Translations under genes and position numbers: made by a program
The notes under the pieces: generated by a model
Databases searched by the model: none
What the model was told of the DNA's origin: nothing
What the model saw: only the letters and a program-made list of their open reading frames with translations
In this document: positions 32,457 to 41,143 of the stretch, piece by piece
How the letters are laid out: every line of letters begins with the position of its first letter
Numbering within the stretch: the stretch's first letter is position 1
Source: Bacteroidota bacterium
Lineage (GTDB): Bacteria; Bacteroidota; Bacteroidia; Chitinophagales; Chitinophagaceae
Length of the DNA: 41,165 nucleotides
NCBI GenBank assembly: GCA_028876035.1
Contig: JAGWTK010000001.1
Coordinates: forward strand, 1-41,165
Direction of reading: 5' to 3'

Positions 32457-35086
32457 ATGAGAATATTTTGCCGTTTTTCGGGTTTGCTTTGCCTGCTGCT
32501 GGCTGCGACCAGTGGCTATGCACGGCATGTGAAGGGCGGACATATTGAATACACTTATAACGGCGTGGGCAGCAGCGCGGGTACCTCCAGCTATTCCATT
32601 GAGGTAAGCGTTTTCTTTAGTTGCACCACCTCGGGCCCAAAAGACAATGTATACCTGGGAATTTTTGACGCTGTGAACGGAAACAGCGCCTTCAGCAAAC
32701 TCATTTCTGTCAACACGATCAATACGGTGTCAAAGGGAAGCTCCAATCCCTGCATGAGTAACCCACCCACGATCTGCTACGAGATCAGAACATATGTGTA
32801 CACACTGGATCTGCCCGATAATCCCAATGGTTATATCATCACGGTACAAGACGCCTTCCGCATCGACGGCATCGTGAACATCATCGGATCGGCCAGTTCC
32901 GGCATTACGCTCACTGCGAATATACCCGGCACTATCAGCGGAACCGACTATCACATCAACAACAGTCCGCATTTTATTTTTAAAGACACGGCCATTGAAG
33001 CTACCTCGGTAATTTCAGCTACCAGTTCGCTGCTACAGATGTTGATGGAGATTCACTTTCGTACGCCTTCGGAAACGGCCTCAACGTAGCGAGTGCCAAT
33101 AGTAACACGTCTACGACGGCGCCCGGCGCACCGCCGTATCCATCCCTATCGTACAACACGGGGTATAGTGGCACCGCACCCCTCGGTCCAAATGTAAGCA
33201 TCAACCCGGTGACCGGACTTATCTCAGGCGTAGCACCATCTACACCAGGTGAATACGTGGTGGCGGTGTATGTAAAAGAATGGAGAAAAGGCGTGCTGAT
33301 AGCCCAGCTCAAAAAGGAATTGCAGATTTATGTGTTTAACTGCAGCCTGGTAGGTGCTGCATTAAACGATTCTTATGTCAATTGCAAAGACTATACCTAC
33401 ACGTTTCAGAACGAGTCCACCAATTCGTCGATCACTTCTTATTCATGGGATTTTGGCGTTAAGTCGCTTACAAATGATACATCGTCGCAGCCGGTACCGA
33501 CCTATACTTACCCCGACACGGGCGTCTACATCCTCAAGCTGAAAGTAGGTACAGCCAACGGCTGCCTCGATTCAACCACAGCACCAGTGAAAGTATTCCC
33601 AGGATTCACCCCTGACTTTTCGTTTAGCGGCAGCTGTTACCAGTCACCCATACAATTCACGAACACATCGATCGTAAAGTATGGCACGCCGGCCTTTTCC
33701 TGGGATTTCGGCGAACCGGCTAGTTTGACCAACATTTCTACCCTTAGCAATCCAACGCACCAATACGCGGCACCCGGAAATGAAACGGTCACACTGCAAC
33801 TCTCGAGCAGTAAAGGTTGTGTTGATACCATCTCCAAACAGGTAGTCGTTACCGGTAAACCCGATATCGCACTTCCATTCAGGGACACACTGATTTGCAG
33901 TATCGACAGTCTTCCACTCATCGTGAATAGTGTCAATGCAGGTTCTTACCAATGGACACCCGCCTACAATATCATCAATGCCAGTTCTGCTCACCCGATC
34001 GTTTATCCGAAAGATACCACGGTGTATACCGTAGTCGTGCAGGATAAAGGCTGTATTGACAGTGCCTCGATAACAGTGAATGTACTCGATTATATTACGG
34101 TGAGTCTGACTGCCGATACAACTATCTGTGCAACTGACAGTATTACGCTACGACCAGCGACGTACGGACTGAGCTTTCAATGGTCACCGGCTGCCAGCCT
34201 CAGCAGCAGCACAGTCAAATATCCATTGGCAGCACCTGCCAGTACTACTACCTATACGGTGTTGGCCAACCTCGGTAAATGCCAGGCAAGCGCCTCCCAA
34301 AAAATTCGGGTGGTTCCCTATCCAGGCGCTAATGCAGGCCCGGATACCACGATTTGTTTTGGTGCTTCGGCAGTCTTGCATGGATCGCTCACAGCGAACT
34401 CATTTACGTGGTCGCCCCTGCTGAATGTTTTCAATTCAACTACGCTACACCCAACGGTAAGCCCGCTGCTGACGACGAATTACGTACTAACAGTGATGGA
34501 CACACTCGGATGTCCCAAACCCGTAAGCGATACCGTGCTCGTCACAGTTCTTCCAAAAATCGGTATTGATGCAGGCAGGGATACAAGCATTGTAGTCGGA
34601 CAACCCCTGCAACTACAGGCGATCGCCGCCGCATCAAACTTACAATACAGTTGGTCTCCTTCAACATGGCTCAACAACAGCAGCATTGCTAATCCTGTTG
34701 CACAGATCAACAACAATACGGTGGACAGTATTTATTACACCGTCACTGTGAAGAACCCTGCTTCCTGCGCTGCCAGTGACGGTATCCATGTGCTGGTCTA
34801 CAAAACGCTTCCCGATATCTTTGTTCCGTCTGCCTTTACACCCAATGGCGATGGCAGAAATGATTTCATGCATCCGATCCTCATCGGCATTCGTCAACTC
34901 AACTACTTCCGCATCTACAACCGATGGGGACAACTCATCTTCTCCAGCGCGCAGAACAACAGTAGCTGGGACGGCCGTCTCTCGGGCCAACTCCAGGACC
35001 CGGGTTCCTATGTGTATGTTGTGAGTGCGGTGGATTACCTTGGGAAGAGGATTTTCAGGAAGGGAAGTTTTGTTCTTATAAGATAG
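32457..35086 (+). pseudogene. T9SS type-B sorting-domain (gliding-motility C-terminal domain) adhesin with PKD-like repeats, interrupted by a frameshift near 33000
   Basis: The N-terminal ORF 32457..33089 has a signal peptide (MRIFCRFSGLLCLLLAATSGYA). A second frame is open from 32999 (TGA at 32996-32998) and reads SYLGNFSYQFAATDVDGDSLSYAFGNGLN..., continuing into ORF 33209..35086. That ORF ends in the CHU_C-type domain FVPSAFTPNGDGRNDFMHP...YNRWGQLIF. The change from frame 0 to frame 2 is consistent with a 1-nt deletion or a sequencing error. Confidence 0.6.
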
Positions 35087-35087
35087 G

Positions 35088-35141
35088 AAAGGATTTAAGA
35101 GGTAAGATGTGAAGATGTAAGATATCTTTCGCTGCATGGCC
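35088..35141 (+). repeat. 54-bp direct repeat, copy 1
   Basis: aaaggatttaagaggtaagatgtgaagatgtaagatatctttcgctgcatggcc. It matches 35214-35267 at 51 of 54 positions and starts 2 nt after the adhesin stop codon. Confidence 0.85.
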
Positions 35142-35213
35142 CCTGCGTATCGCGCAGATTCCTGCAGTTGTCCAGAACGCACTATCGCATTCCGACGGCA
35201 GTGCTGAGAATGT

Positions 35214-35267
35214 AAAGGATTTAAGAGGTAAGATGTAAAGATGTAAGATATCTTTCGGTGCATAGCC
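35214..35267 (+). repeat. 54-bp direct repeat, copy 2
   Basis: aaaggatttaagaggtaagatgtaaagatgtaagatatctttcggtgcatagcc. An inverted partner of its gatgtaagatat core (atatcttacatcgatacatcttatatcatacatc) lies at about 35339-35375. Confidence 0.85.
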
Positions 35268-35385
35268 TTTGCTTATTTCGTAGCTTTTTACAACTTGCAG
35301 GTACGCAGCATCTCCCTTGGAAGGGCCCTGGGAAAGGATATATCTTACATCGATACATCTTATATCATACATCAACATCGGCTGT

Positions 35386-35438
35386 ATCAGCCATCAGTGA
35401 TGTCTTTATATCCCACATCAAAATATCTTATATCTTAA
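35386..35438 (-). repeat. 53-bp element, right copy of the inverted pair
   Basis: atcagccatcagtgatgtctttatatcccacatcaaaatatcttatatcttaa. It ends 1 nt before the peroxidase stop codon (35440-35442, minus strand). Confidence 0.85.
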
Positions 35439-35439
35439 A

Positions 35440-36495
35440 TTAGTGCAGGTTCATAAAATCCGGCGTTACATCATAGCCCGGCGGCGCAAACATTGGATTC
35501 TTGATAAAGCTGCTATCCGTGAGCGTCCGCAGGAAAGCCGTTAATTGTCCCGTTTCGTAGTTGCTGATGGGTAGCTTTTTCTGTAGCAGCGAATCCGTTT
35601 GTTTAGAAACATTCATTTTCGAGCGGTAATGATCGTACACATTGTACAAGCTAAAAAATCTCCCGTCGTGCCCGTACGGAAAAGTCAGCGCCACGTTGCG
35701 CAGGGAAGGTACTTTGAAGGCCATCGAATCTTTTGATTCACGTGTTATTTTCATGCGACCTGAATCATTAAGTGTGGTATCCAGGCGCAGCCCCGTATTG
35801 CGGTAGGAAAAATCGGTGAAAAAGGGTGGGGGGTGGCAGCCCGTGCATTTCTGGTTGAAGATCTCGTAGCCCAGTTTCTCCGGTAAATTAAAACTTGCTT
35901 CGCCACGCATCACCTGGTCGTATTTGCTATTGCTGCTTACCAGTAGCAGCATGTACTGACTCAAAGCCATCATCGTCAGTTTTGTATTGATGGGTTGATT
36001 GCCAAAGGCAGCTTTGAACATACGCCGGTAAGCGGTATCCCGACTTATTTTTTTGATCACCCGATCAATGGTTTCACCCATTTCATTGGGTGCTGTCAGT
36101 GGCGCCAGTGGTTGCAAATCAAGATGGGTTATACCACCGTCCCACATAAATGCTTTTTGCCAGGCCAGGTTTTGCAAAGACGGTGCATTTCGCGTGGTGA
36201 GGGAATTGTTGTAACCGTGACTGAGGTTGTGATCATAGGTTGCAAAGGCGCCAAACTGCTGGTGACAGCTGGCGCAGGAGATGGTAGAGTCTTTGCTCAG
36301 CTTCTCGTCGTAAAAAAGTTTTCGCCCGAGTTCAAATCCTTCATCCGTCAAAGGGTTTTTTGAAAAATCATATTGGGGTTTGGGCCAGCCTTTTGGCACC
36401 ACAAACGGGAGTGGCTTAGGCTTCGACGCAATGTCCACCCAGGCAATTCCCGCCAGTGTCAATGATATCACTAGTATGATGATGCGTCCTTTCAT
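35440..36495 (-). CDS. di-heme cytochrome c peroxidase (MauG/MbnH-like)
   Basis: 351 aa with an N-terminal membrane anchor. It has two CxxCH motifs (CASCH and CTGCH) in the spacing typical of the bacterial CCP/MauG family. Confidence 0.85.
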   Translation of the reverse strand: MKGRIIILVISLTLAGIAWVDIASKPKPLPFVVPKGWPKPQYDFSKNPLTDEGFELGRKLFYDEKLSKDSTISCASCHQQFGAFATYDHNLSHGYNNSLTTRNAPSLQNLAWQKAFMWDGGITHLDLQPLAPLTAPNEMGETIDRVIKKISRDTAYRRMFKAAFGNQPINTKLTMMALSQYMLLLVSSNSKYDQVMRGEASFNLPEKLGYEIFNQKCTGCHPPPFFTDFSYRNTGLRLDTTLNDSGRMKITRESKDSMAFKVPSLRNVALTFPYGHDGRFFSLYNVYDHYRSKMNVSKQTDSLLQKKLPISNYETGQLTAFLRTLTDSSFIKNPMFAPPGYDVTPDFMNLH

Positions 36496-37205
36496 TGTAA
36501 TACCGAAAACATACGGGCATAGTTATCGGCCAGCCGGGTTGCCAATTCGCCGGGCTGATGACAAACAGGTGTAATGGCAATCTTCAGCGGGCGAAGCGCA
36601 TCAAACCATTGCAACAAGTCAGCTTTTATGCGAAGTGTATCCAGGTTGCCATCAGGCGGTAGTTCCAGTGTTATCCGCCGAAGTGCGTTCTCTTTCTGCC
36701 GGAATCCTCCAACATGCCAGCTAAAACTATGCTGTGGCGCAGGAGATACCTCGCTTTGTCCTTCGAGCTTTGCAAACACATAGCCGCTGTTCCAGGTCCA
36801 GAACATCGCATTCATCGGATCGAGGCTGCCTGTTTGCACACCGCTTACATTGCGGGCACTGTCTACGCCAATCAGAAAACTAATCTTACGCAAATTATGT
36901 TTGATGGGAAGCGTGATTATTTTGGATGCACTGTCTTCTTCGTTGATCAGGAAATATTTATCACTAAGGGAAGTGGTCGACTGTTTGTCATCGGTTAATT
37001 CGATGCCGGAGATATAGTATTTGAATTTATTAACGACAAAGGGTTCACCAAAGCGGTTGTAGTAAACACTGTCGAAGAGTACCAGCGGCGCATTGCCTAC
37101 TGCATGTACGAACTGCAGGGTTTGTGCAGATGCTTGTCTCAATCCCATCACCAGGATCAGAACAAGAAACAACTGACTCCATTGCTTGCAAACCCTTTTC
37201 TGCAT
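36492..37205 (-). CDS. MbnP family protein (putative copper-binding partner of the peroxidase)
   Basis: 237 aa with a signal peptide (LILVMGLRQASAQ). Carries FKYYISGIEL..., ISFLIGVD..., MFWTWNSGYVFAKLEG... and SWHVGG, typical of MbnP-family proteins. It overlaps the peroxidase start by 4 nt (ATGA). Confidence 0.65.
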   Translation of the reverse strand: MQKRVCKQWSQLFLVLILVMGLRQASAQTLQFVHAVGNAPLVLFDSVYYNRFGEPFVVNKFKYYISGIELTDDKQSTTSLSDKYFLINEEDSASKIITLPIKHNLRKISFLIGVDSARNVSGVQTGSLDPMNAMFWTWNSGYVFAKLEGQSEVSPAPQHSFSWHVGGFRQKENALRRITLELPPDGNLDTLRIKADLLQWFDALRPLKIAITPVCHQPGELATRLADNYARMFSVLQ

Positions 37206-37259
37206 ATCGCTAAAGATACAAACTGCCTGCGGCCGGCACTGTTAAAGCGATGCAGAATT

Positions 37260-39749
37260 TTAACGCAGCAGATGGTCGATACGCACAAAAGAATATCCTT
37301 TTTTCCGGAGCGCGCCGATCAATGCGGGTAAACGGCTGTAAAACTTCTCCGGGCGACGTGAATCGGTGCCAATATGAACTAATAAGATGAATCCATTGAG
37401 ACCATCCGGATCTTTTTCTTCGTAATCGAGGACCGACTGAAAGATGGTTTGGTTGTCGACATAGTTGTCTTCTTTCCCGGGGAATGTATAATCTGCATTG
37501 CTTCTTGTACCCGGGGTAAAATTGATCAACTGCAGACCCGCCTCGCGCGTCCAGGCGGCGATGCTGTCGTTGTACCATTCATAGGGTGGAAGAAAGAATC
37601 GGCTTGTTGTCTTGTTGAACCCGAGCTTTTTTAGCTCCGCATAACTTTTTTCAAGGTCTGCTTTGAATTCTTTCTTTGTCACCAGTAAGCTGTCGCGTTG
37701 CTGCCAATCGCAGTACAGCAAATGCTTGTCAGAATGTGAACCCAGGTAATGTCCGTCCTTTTTCAACCGGCGAAGGAGGGCCGCAAAAGAAGGGTTTCGG
37801 TAGAAATTGCCGGTGAGGAAGAAAGAAGCAGGAGCGGATTGCTGTTTGAGCGCATTGGCAATATAGTTGCCGCCGTCGCCGAATTCATCTCCCGTAAAAA
37901 CCAGCGCGATTTGCTTTGCATTCCGTTTGCCTCTTGTAATGGCTCCTTTTTCAACGGTGAATACCGGCTGCACCGGAACAGCACTGGCTTGTTTTGCGGC
38001 CAACAGGTACACGAGGCTCGCAGTGCCGTCCATCGTGGGTTCATTCGTGCTGTAATCACCCGCGTCGTCATGGTATACTACAAGGTCAGACTGAAATTCG
38101 GCGAGGGTATCGGGTTCGAACAGTGTTAAACCAATAAGACTTTTGTAAATGCTACCGTAAACCGGACCATCGACGAGTCCACCATCCAGCTTGTACTTCT
38201 TGAGTACATACAAGGATGAATGCGGATGTTGGGGAGATGATCCATTTGCCGGCAAACCACCTACCATTGATCTTCCCCAGATATTGCAGCCGAACAGCCA
38301 GTCGAAACATGCTTGTTCGAGAGGGAGGTAGGTTGAATCCTTGCTTAACGTCCGGTAGAGATAGCATTGAATCGCAAAGGAGGTCGTAAGGTTATTGGAA
38401 CACCAGATAAACGGGATACCCCGGTAAAAAGCGTTGTCCTTTGCTTTGTTCCAAACCAGGTCGATGCCGCGTTTGTACCAGCTTAGCAGCAATGCTTTTT
38501 TCCTGGAATCCTGCAAAGCCAGTTCGTAGTGCCCGAAATTGTGAAAAGGATACCATTGATAGTGCTTCATGGTATCACTACCGAACCAGGGAGTAACGGG
38601 TTCCTGCGCAGCGTAGGCGACCGATTGTCGAAGCAATGCGGAGTCAAGGGTAAGTGCAAACAAATTCACGGCCCCCAGTTCCATATCATCGGTCCAGTTG
38701 TCTTCGTTGTAATAGTAGGGTGCTTTGTTGGGTGCGGTTTGCGCTACACCCGGATGCTGCAGACCCAACGCAAAGGCCGAGGCAGCGCTTTCTTTGAGTA
38801 AACTTGCATAAGTTGGGTCTGTCCTTTCAAACAGCCTTGCGCCCAATGAAAAGGCGCTGGTAAATTTTCCAGCGATCGATGCGGTGCCGGTGGTTTGATT
38901 CTTCCATTTTCCCAGGCCCTGCGGTAGTCCATTGGCAAAATATACCGGCCGGCTCCTGCCCGGGCCGGTGCCATAGTCGGCGCTATCGTGGTTGGGTAAC
39001 CGAAATCCGGCATGGTCGCGGTCATCTGCCAGCTGTGCAAACATCCAGTCGGCCCGCGGATGCATCTTTAATAACCATTGCAGTCCCCAGCGTGCTTCAT
39101 CAACTACATCTGCTTTGCCATTGGAACCTTCCAGTCCGTTTGCCTGGAAATGATCGCTGAACACCTGCGGAAAGTCGCGCCATGCCGCCAGCAGGTGATA
39201 GGTAGCGTTGGCAGAGGTGGTCACATATTGCAGGTAGTCACTGGCATCGTGCCAGCCGCCCGATACATCGATGGGTGTACCATCGGGCATGGGACCGTAG
39301 ATCGTATATCCATCACCGGTATGACAGGAGTCCTTGAGGAAAGGATTGAACCCGCTTCGTTGCTGCCGCATATAGCGTAGCAGGAAATCGGCCATACCAT
39401 CGTACACTTTGTTGTCTATCCGGAAATAAGGCGACTGCGCATTTCCACAGCGCAGCTGGTAAACACCTTGTTTTGTAAAGCGGCTGAAATCCAACCGAGC
39501 GTTCTGTGAGAATGGTCCGTACTTTCCATATACCCGACCGATATTTCCTTCCCATACCACCGCCCCTGTACTGCTGTCCACCAAACTAAACGAAGGCGTT
39601 ATTGGATCTCCTTTGCTCACCCACACGGCCGTTTTCGGCGACTGGCAGGGATAGCCTAGCTGGTTGATGCGGATCCAGGATTGGTTAAATGCATCCCGGG
39701 TGAACGAAAGAAAAATGATGATAAGTATGCAAAGTTGTGTCCGTTTCAT
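37260..39749 (-). CDS. glycoside hydrolase family 9 (Ig-like N-domain + GH9 catalytic) fused to a C-terminal polysaccharide deacetylase (CE4/NodB-like) domain
   Basis: The ORF extends to 39908, into the IS end. ATG 39749 gives MKRTQLCILIIIFLSFTRDAFNQ (signal peptide). GH9 motifs are SGGWHDASDY, SPQHPHSS and YHDDAGDYSTNEPTMDG. The C-terminal part has IALVFTGDEFGDGG and GSHSDKH (an HSxxH metal motif), as in NodB-type deacetylases. Confidence 0.85.
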   Translation of the reverse strand: MKRTQLCILIIIFLSFTRDAFNQSWIRINQLGYPCQSPKTAVWVSKGDPITPSFSLVDSSTGAVVWEGNIGRVYGKYGPFSQNARLDFSRFTKQGVYQLRCGNAQSPYFRIDNKVYDGMADFLLRYMRQQRSGFNPFLKDSCHTGDGYTIYGPMPDGTPIDVSGGWHDASDYLQYVTTSANATYHLLAAWRDFPQVFSDHFQANGLEGSNGKADVVDEARWGLQWLLKMHPRADWMFAQLADDRDHAGFRLPNHDSADYGTGPGRSRPVYFANGLPQGLGKWKNQTTGTASIAGKFTSAFSLGARLFERTDPTYASLLKESAASAFALGLQHPGVAQTAPNKAPYYYNEDNWTDDMELGAVNLFALTLDSALLRQSVAYAAQEPVTPWFGSDTMKHYQWYPFHNFGHYELALQDSRKKALLLSWYKRGIDLVWNKAKDNAFYRGIPFIWCSNNLTTSFAIQCYLYRTLSKDSTYLPLEQACFDWLFGCNIWGRSMVGGLPANGSSPQHPHSSLYVLKKYKLDGGLVDGPVYGSIYKSLIGLTLFEPDTLAEFQSDLVVYHDDAGDYSTNEPTMDGTASLVYLLAAKQASAVPVQPVFTVEKGAITRGKRNAKQIALVFTGDEFGDGGNYIANALKQQSAPASFFLTGNFYRNPSFAALLRRLKKDGHYLGSHSDKHLLYCDWQQRDSLLVTKKEFKADLEKSYAELKKLGFNKTTSRFFLPPYEWYNDSIAAWTREAGLQLINFTPGTRSNADYTFPGKEDNYVDNQTIFQSVLDYEEKDPDGLNGFILLVHIGTDSRRPEKFYSRLPALIGALRKKGYSFVRIDHLLR

Positions 39750-39841
39750 TCTTGTGTTGGAATGTTTAATGTCTAAGTGTAATGTAGCTAGACATCGTGG
39801 ACTAAAGAGGGGGTCTTTAAAACCTGCCTGTTTAGGCCTTT

Positions 39842-41143
39842 TAAGTTCTTTGACATCGTGGACTAAAGCCCCTATAGGGGCGGCTAAAGGTGGCAAAGTT
39901 CCAGACATCGTGGACTAATCAATTTGGTAATGTGTTTGCCATTCAATTTTGTTGTCGCGCATTGCCATCAAGCATTGGGTTTCAATATCGATTAATGCCA
40001 GTATGTAGCTGTATTCCAAACGTTTTGGCATTAAAAATCGCTCTCCAAAGACATCTAAAATGAGATCGCTCCTGATGAAACGAACCAGAATTATTTTCCC
40101 TTGTCGCAGTGGCAATGGTTTATCAGAAGGTGTGAACTCAACGGGCAACTTATCTCTTGTTAATTCCTGCGGGATTAGTTCATTGGGGGTTTTATTTTTA
40201 TGCAAATTGTAGCGATGGAATTGATTATGAAAGTCTTCAAACTCTCTCGCACAAACTAATAAATGTTCAAAGCTGGTATAGGTTTTTCCTCTGACAAAAC
40301 GCTTTTGAAAAGAGTCATTGAATTTTTCAATAGTTCCGTTTCTCCAAGGCTCTTTTATAGGTATAAAAACTACAGTGACCCGAAGGCTCAATGCCAGTCT
40401 TATCAGCTTGCTAAAGCTATGTGGATGACGATTGCTTCCCCTGAAGCTTAACTCGTTGTCCATTTGAAGATAATCCGGAAGGCCTCTTTGCTGCCAAAAG
40501 CGAATGACACTCTGAAGCACATTATCAGTATCCCGTCCCCGTATCGGGTTTATATGAACAAAATGAGTTGTAGTATCGATGATGTTGAGACTATAATACC
40601 TGCCATCACCTTTCACATACCTGGGCCCAACAAAATCCATCTGATCTAAAACAATCCCGATAGATGGATATTCATTAGTTCTTTTTCTTTCCTTAGGCTC
40701 TTTTCGGTTTAAGTTGGCGCCTTTTAAAATCTTATTGATTTTCCAAACAGGCAACACGGTAGCCTGCTGTTGCCGCAGTTCATATTGAATACTAATCGCT
40801 CCTTTCTGGCTGTAAGGTTTATTCTCCAAAGAAAGCCTGGCGGCAATCACAGCTTCTCTGTCCTGCTCAGACACCAAAGAACGGCTCGACTTGGGCTTTC
40901 TGCTTTTCTGTAGATACCACTGGCCATCAGGGTTTTCCTTATAACGCGTCAGCCACTTGTAAAGCCAGCTCTTACTGCACTTATACTGCTTCAAAATGCT
41001 TGCTACAGACTGACCTGCACGGTAGGCTGTCACCGCCTTAATAACCTTTTCTTCTTTAGCCATGTATGTCCATTTAAGGCATACACTACTAAATTTGTCC
41101 ACGATGTCTAACTATTTTCTAGTCCACGATGTCAAAGAACTTA
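39842..41143 (-). mobile_element. IS element (~1.3 kb) with a single rve/DDE transposase; family uncertain (IS481/IS3-superfamily-like)
   Basis: 24-bp terminal inverted repeats: taagttctttgacatcgtggacta (39842-39865) and tagtccacgatgtcaaagaactta (41120-41143). Each end also has a subterminal copy of the 12-mer gacatcgtggac (39904-39915; 41097-41108). No target-site duplication is visible. The outer boundary is uncertain because a further 12-mer copy sits at 39791-39802 and the window ends at 41165. Confidence 0.7.
39915..41063 (-). CDS. DDE transposase with N-terminal HTH and integrase-core (rve) domain
   Basis: The ORF extends to 41102; ATG 41063 gives MAKEEKVIKAVTAYRAGQSVASILKQYKCSKSWLYKW (HTH). 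The integrase core is DQMDFVGP...YYSLNIIDTTTHF...LQMDNELSF...PWRNGTIEKFNDSF. Confidence 0.85.
   Translation of the reverse strand: MAKEEKVIKAVTAYRAGQSVASILKQYKCSKSWLYKWLTRYKENPDGQWYLQKSRKPKSSRSLVSEQDREAVIAARLSLENKPYSQKGAISIQYELRQQQATVLPVWKINKILKGANLNRKEPKERKRTNEYPSIGIVLDQMDFVGPRYVKGDGRYYSLNIIDTTTHFVHINPIRGRDTDNVLQSVIRFWQQRGLPDYLQMDNELSFRGSNRHPHSFSKLIRLALSLRVTVVFIPIKEPWRNGTIEKFNDSFQKRFVRGKTYTSFEHLLVCAREFEDFHNQFHRYNLHKNKTPNELIPQELTRDKLPVEFTPSDKPLPLRQGKIILVRFIRSDLILDVFGERFLMPKRLEYSYILALIDIETQCLMAMRDNKIEWQTHYQID

Noticed and set aside
32996-33089. Programmed ribosomal frameshifting as an explanation for the split adhesin gene.
   Set aside because: No slippery heptamer, homopolymer run or obvious downstream stimulatory structure is visible in the 32999-33030 overlap. 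A simple indel or a sequencing error is more parsimonious.
34661-35378. Minus-strand ORFs of 200 aa (34661-35263) and 100 aa (35076-35378) with the repeated peptide KDILHL(H/Y)ILPLKSF.
   Set aside because: The repeated peptide is simply the translation of the 54-bp direct repeats. The rest is antisense to the adhesin C-terminal sorting domain.
39809-39841. A target-site duplication for the IS, and the shared taaaacct at 39822-39829 and 41155-41162.
   Set aside because: The sequences immediately flanking the chosen inverted repeats (…ggcctttt | … | tcagctaa…) do not match. The 8-mer match is offset differently from each end and could be chance.
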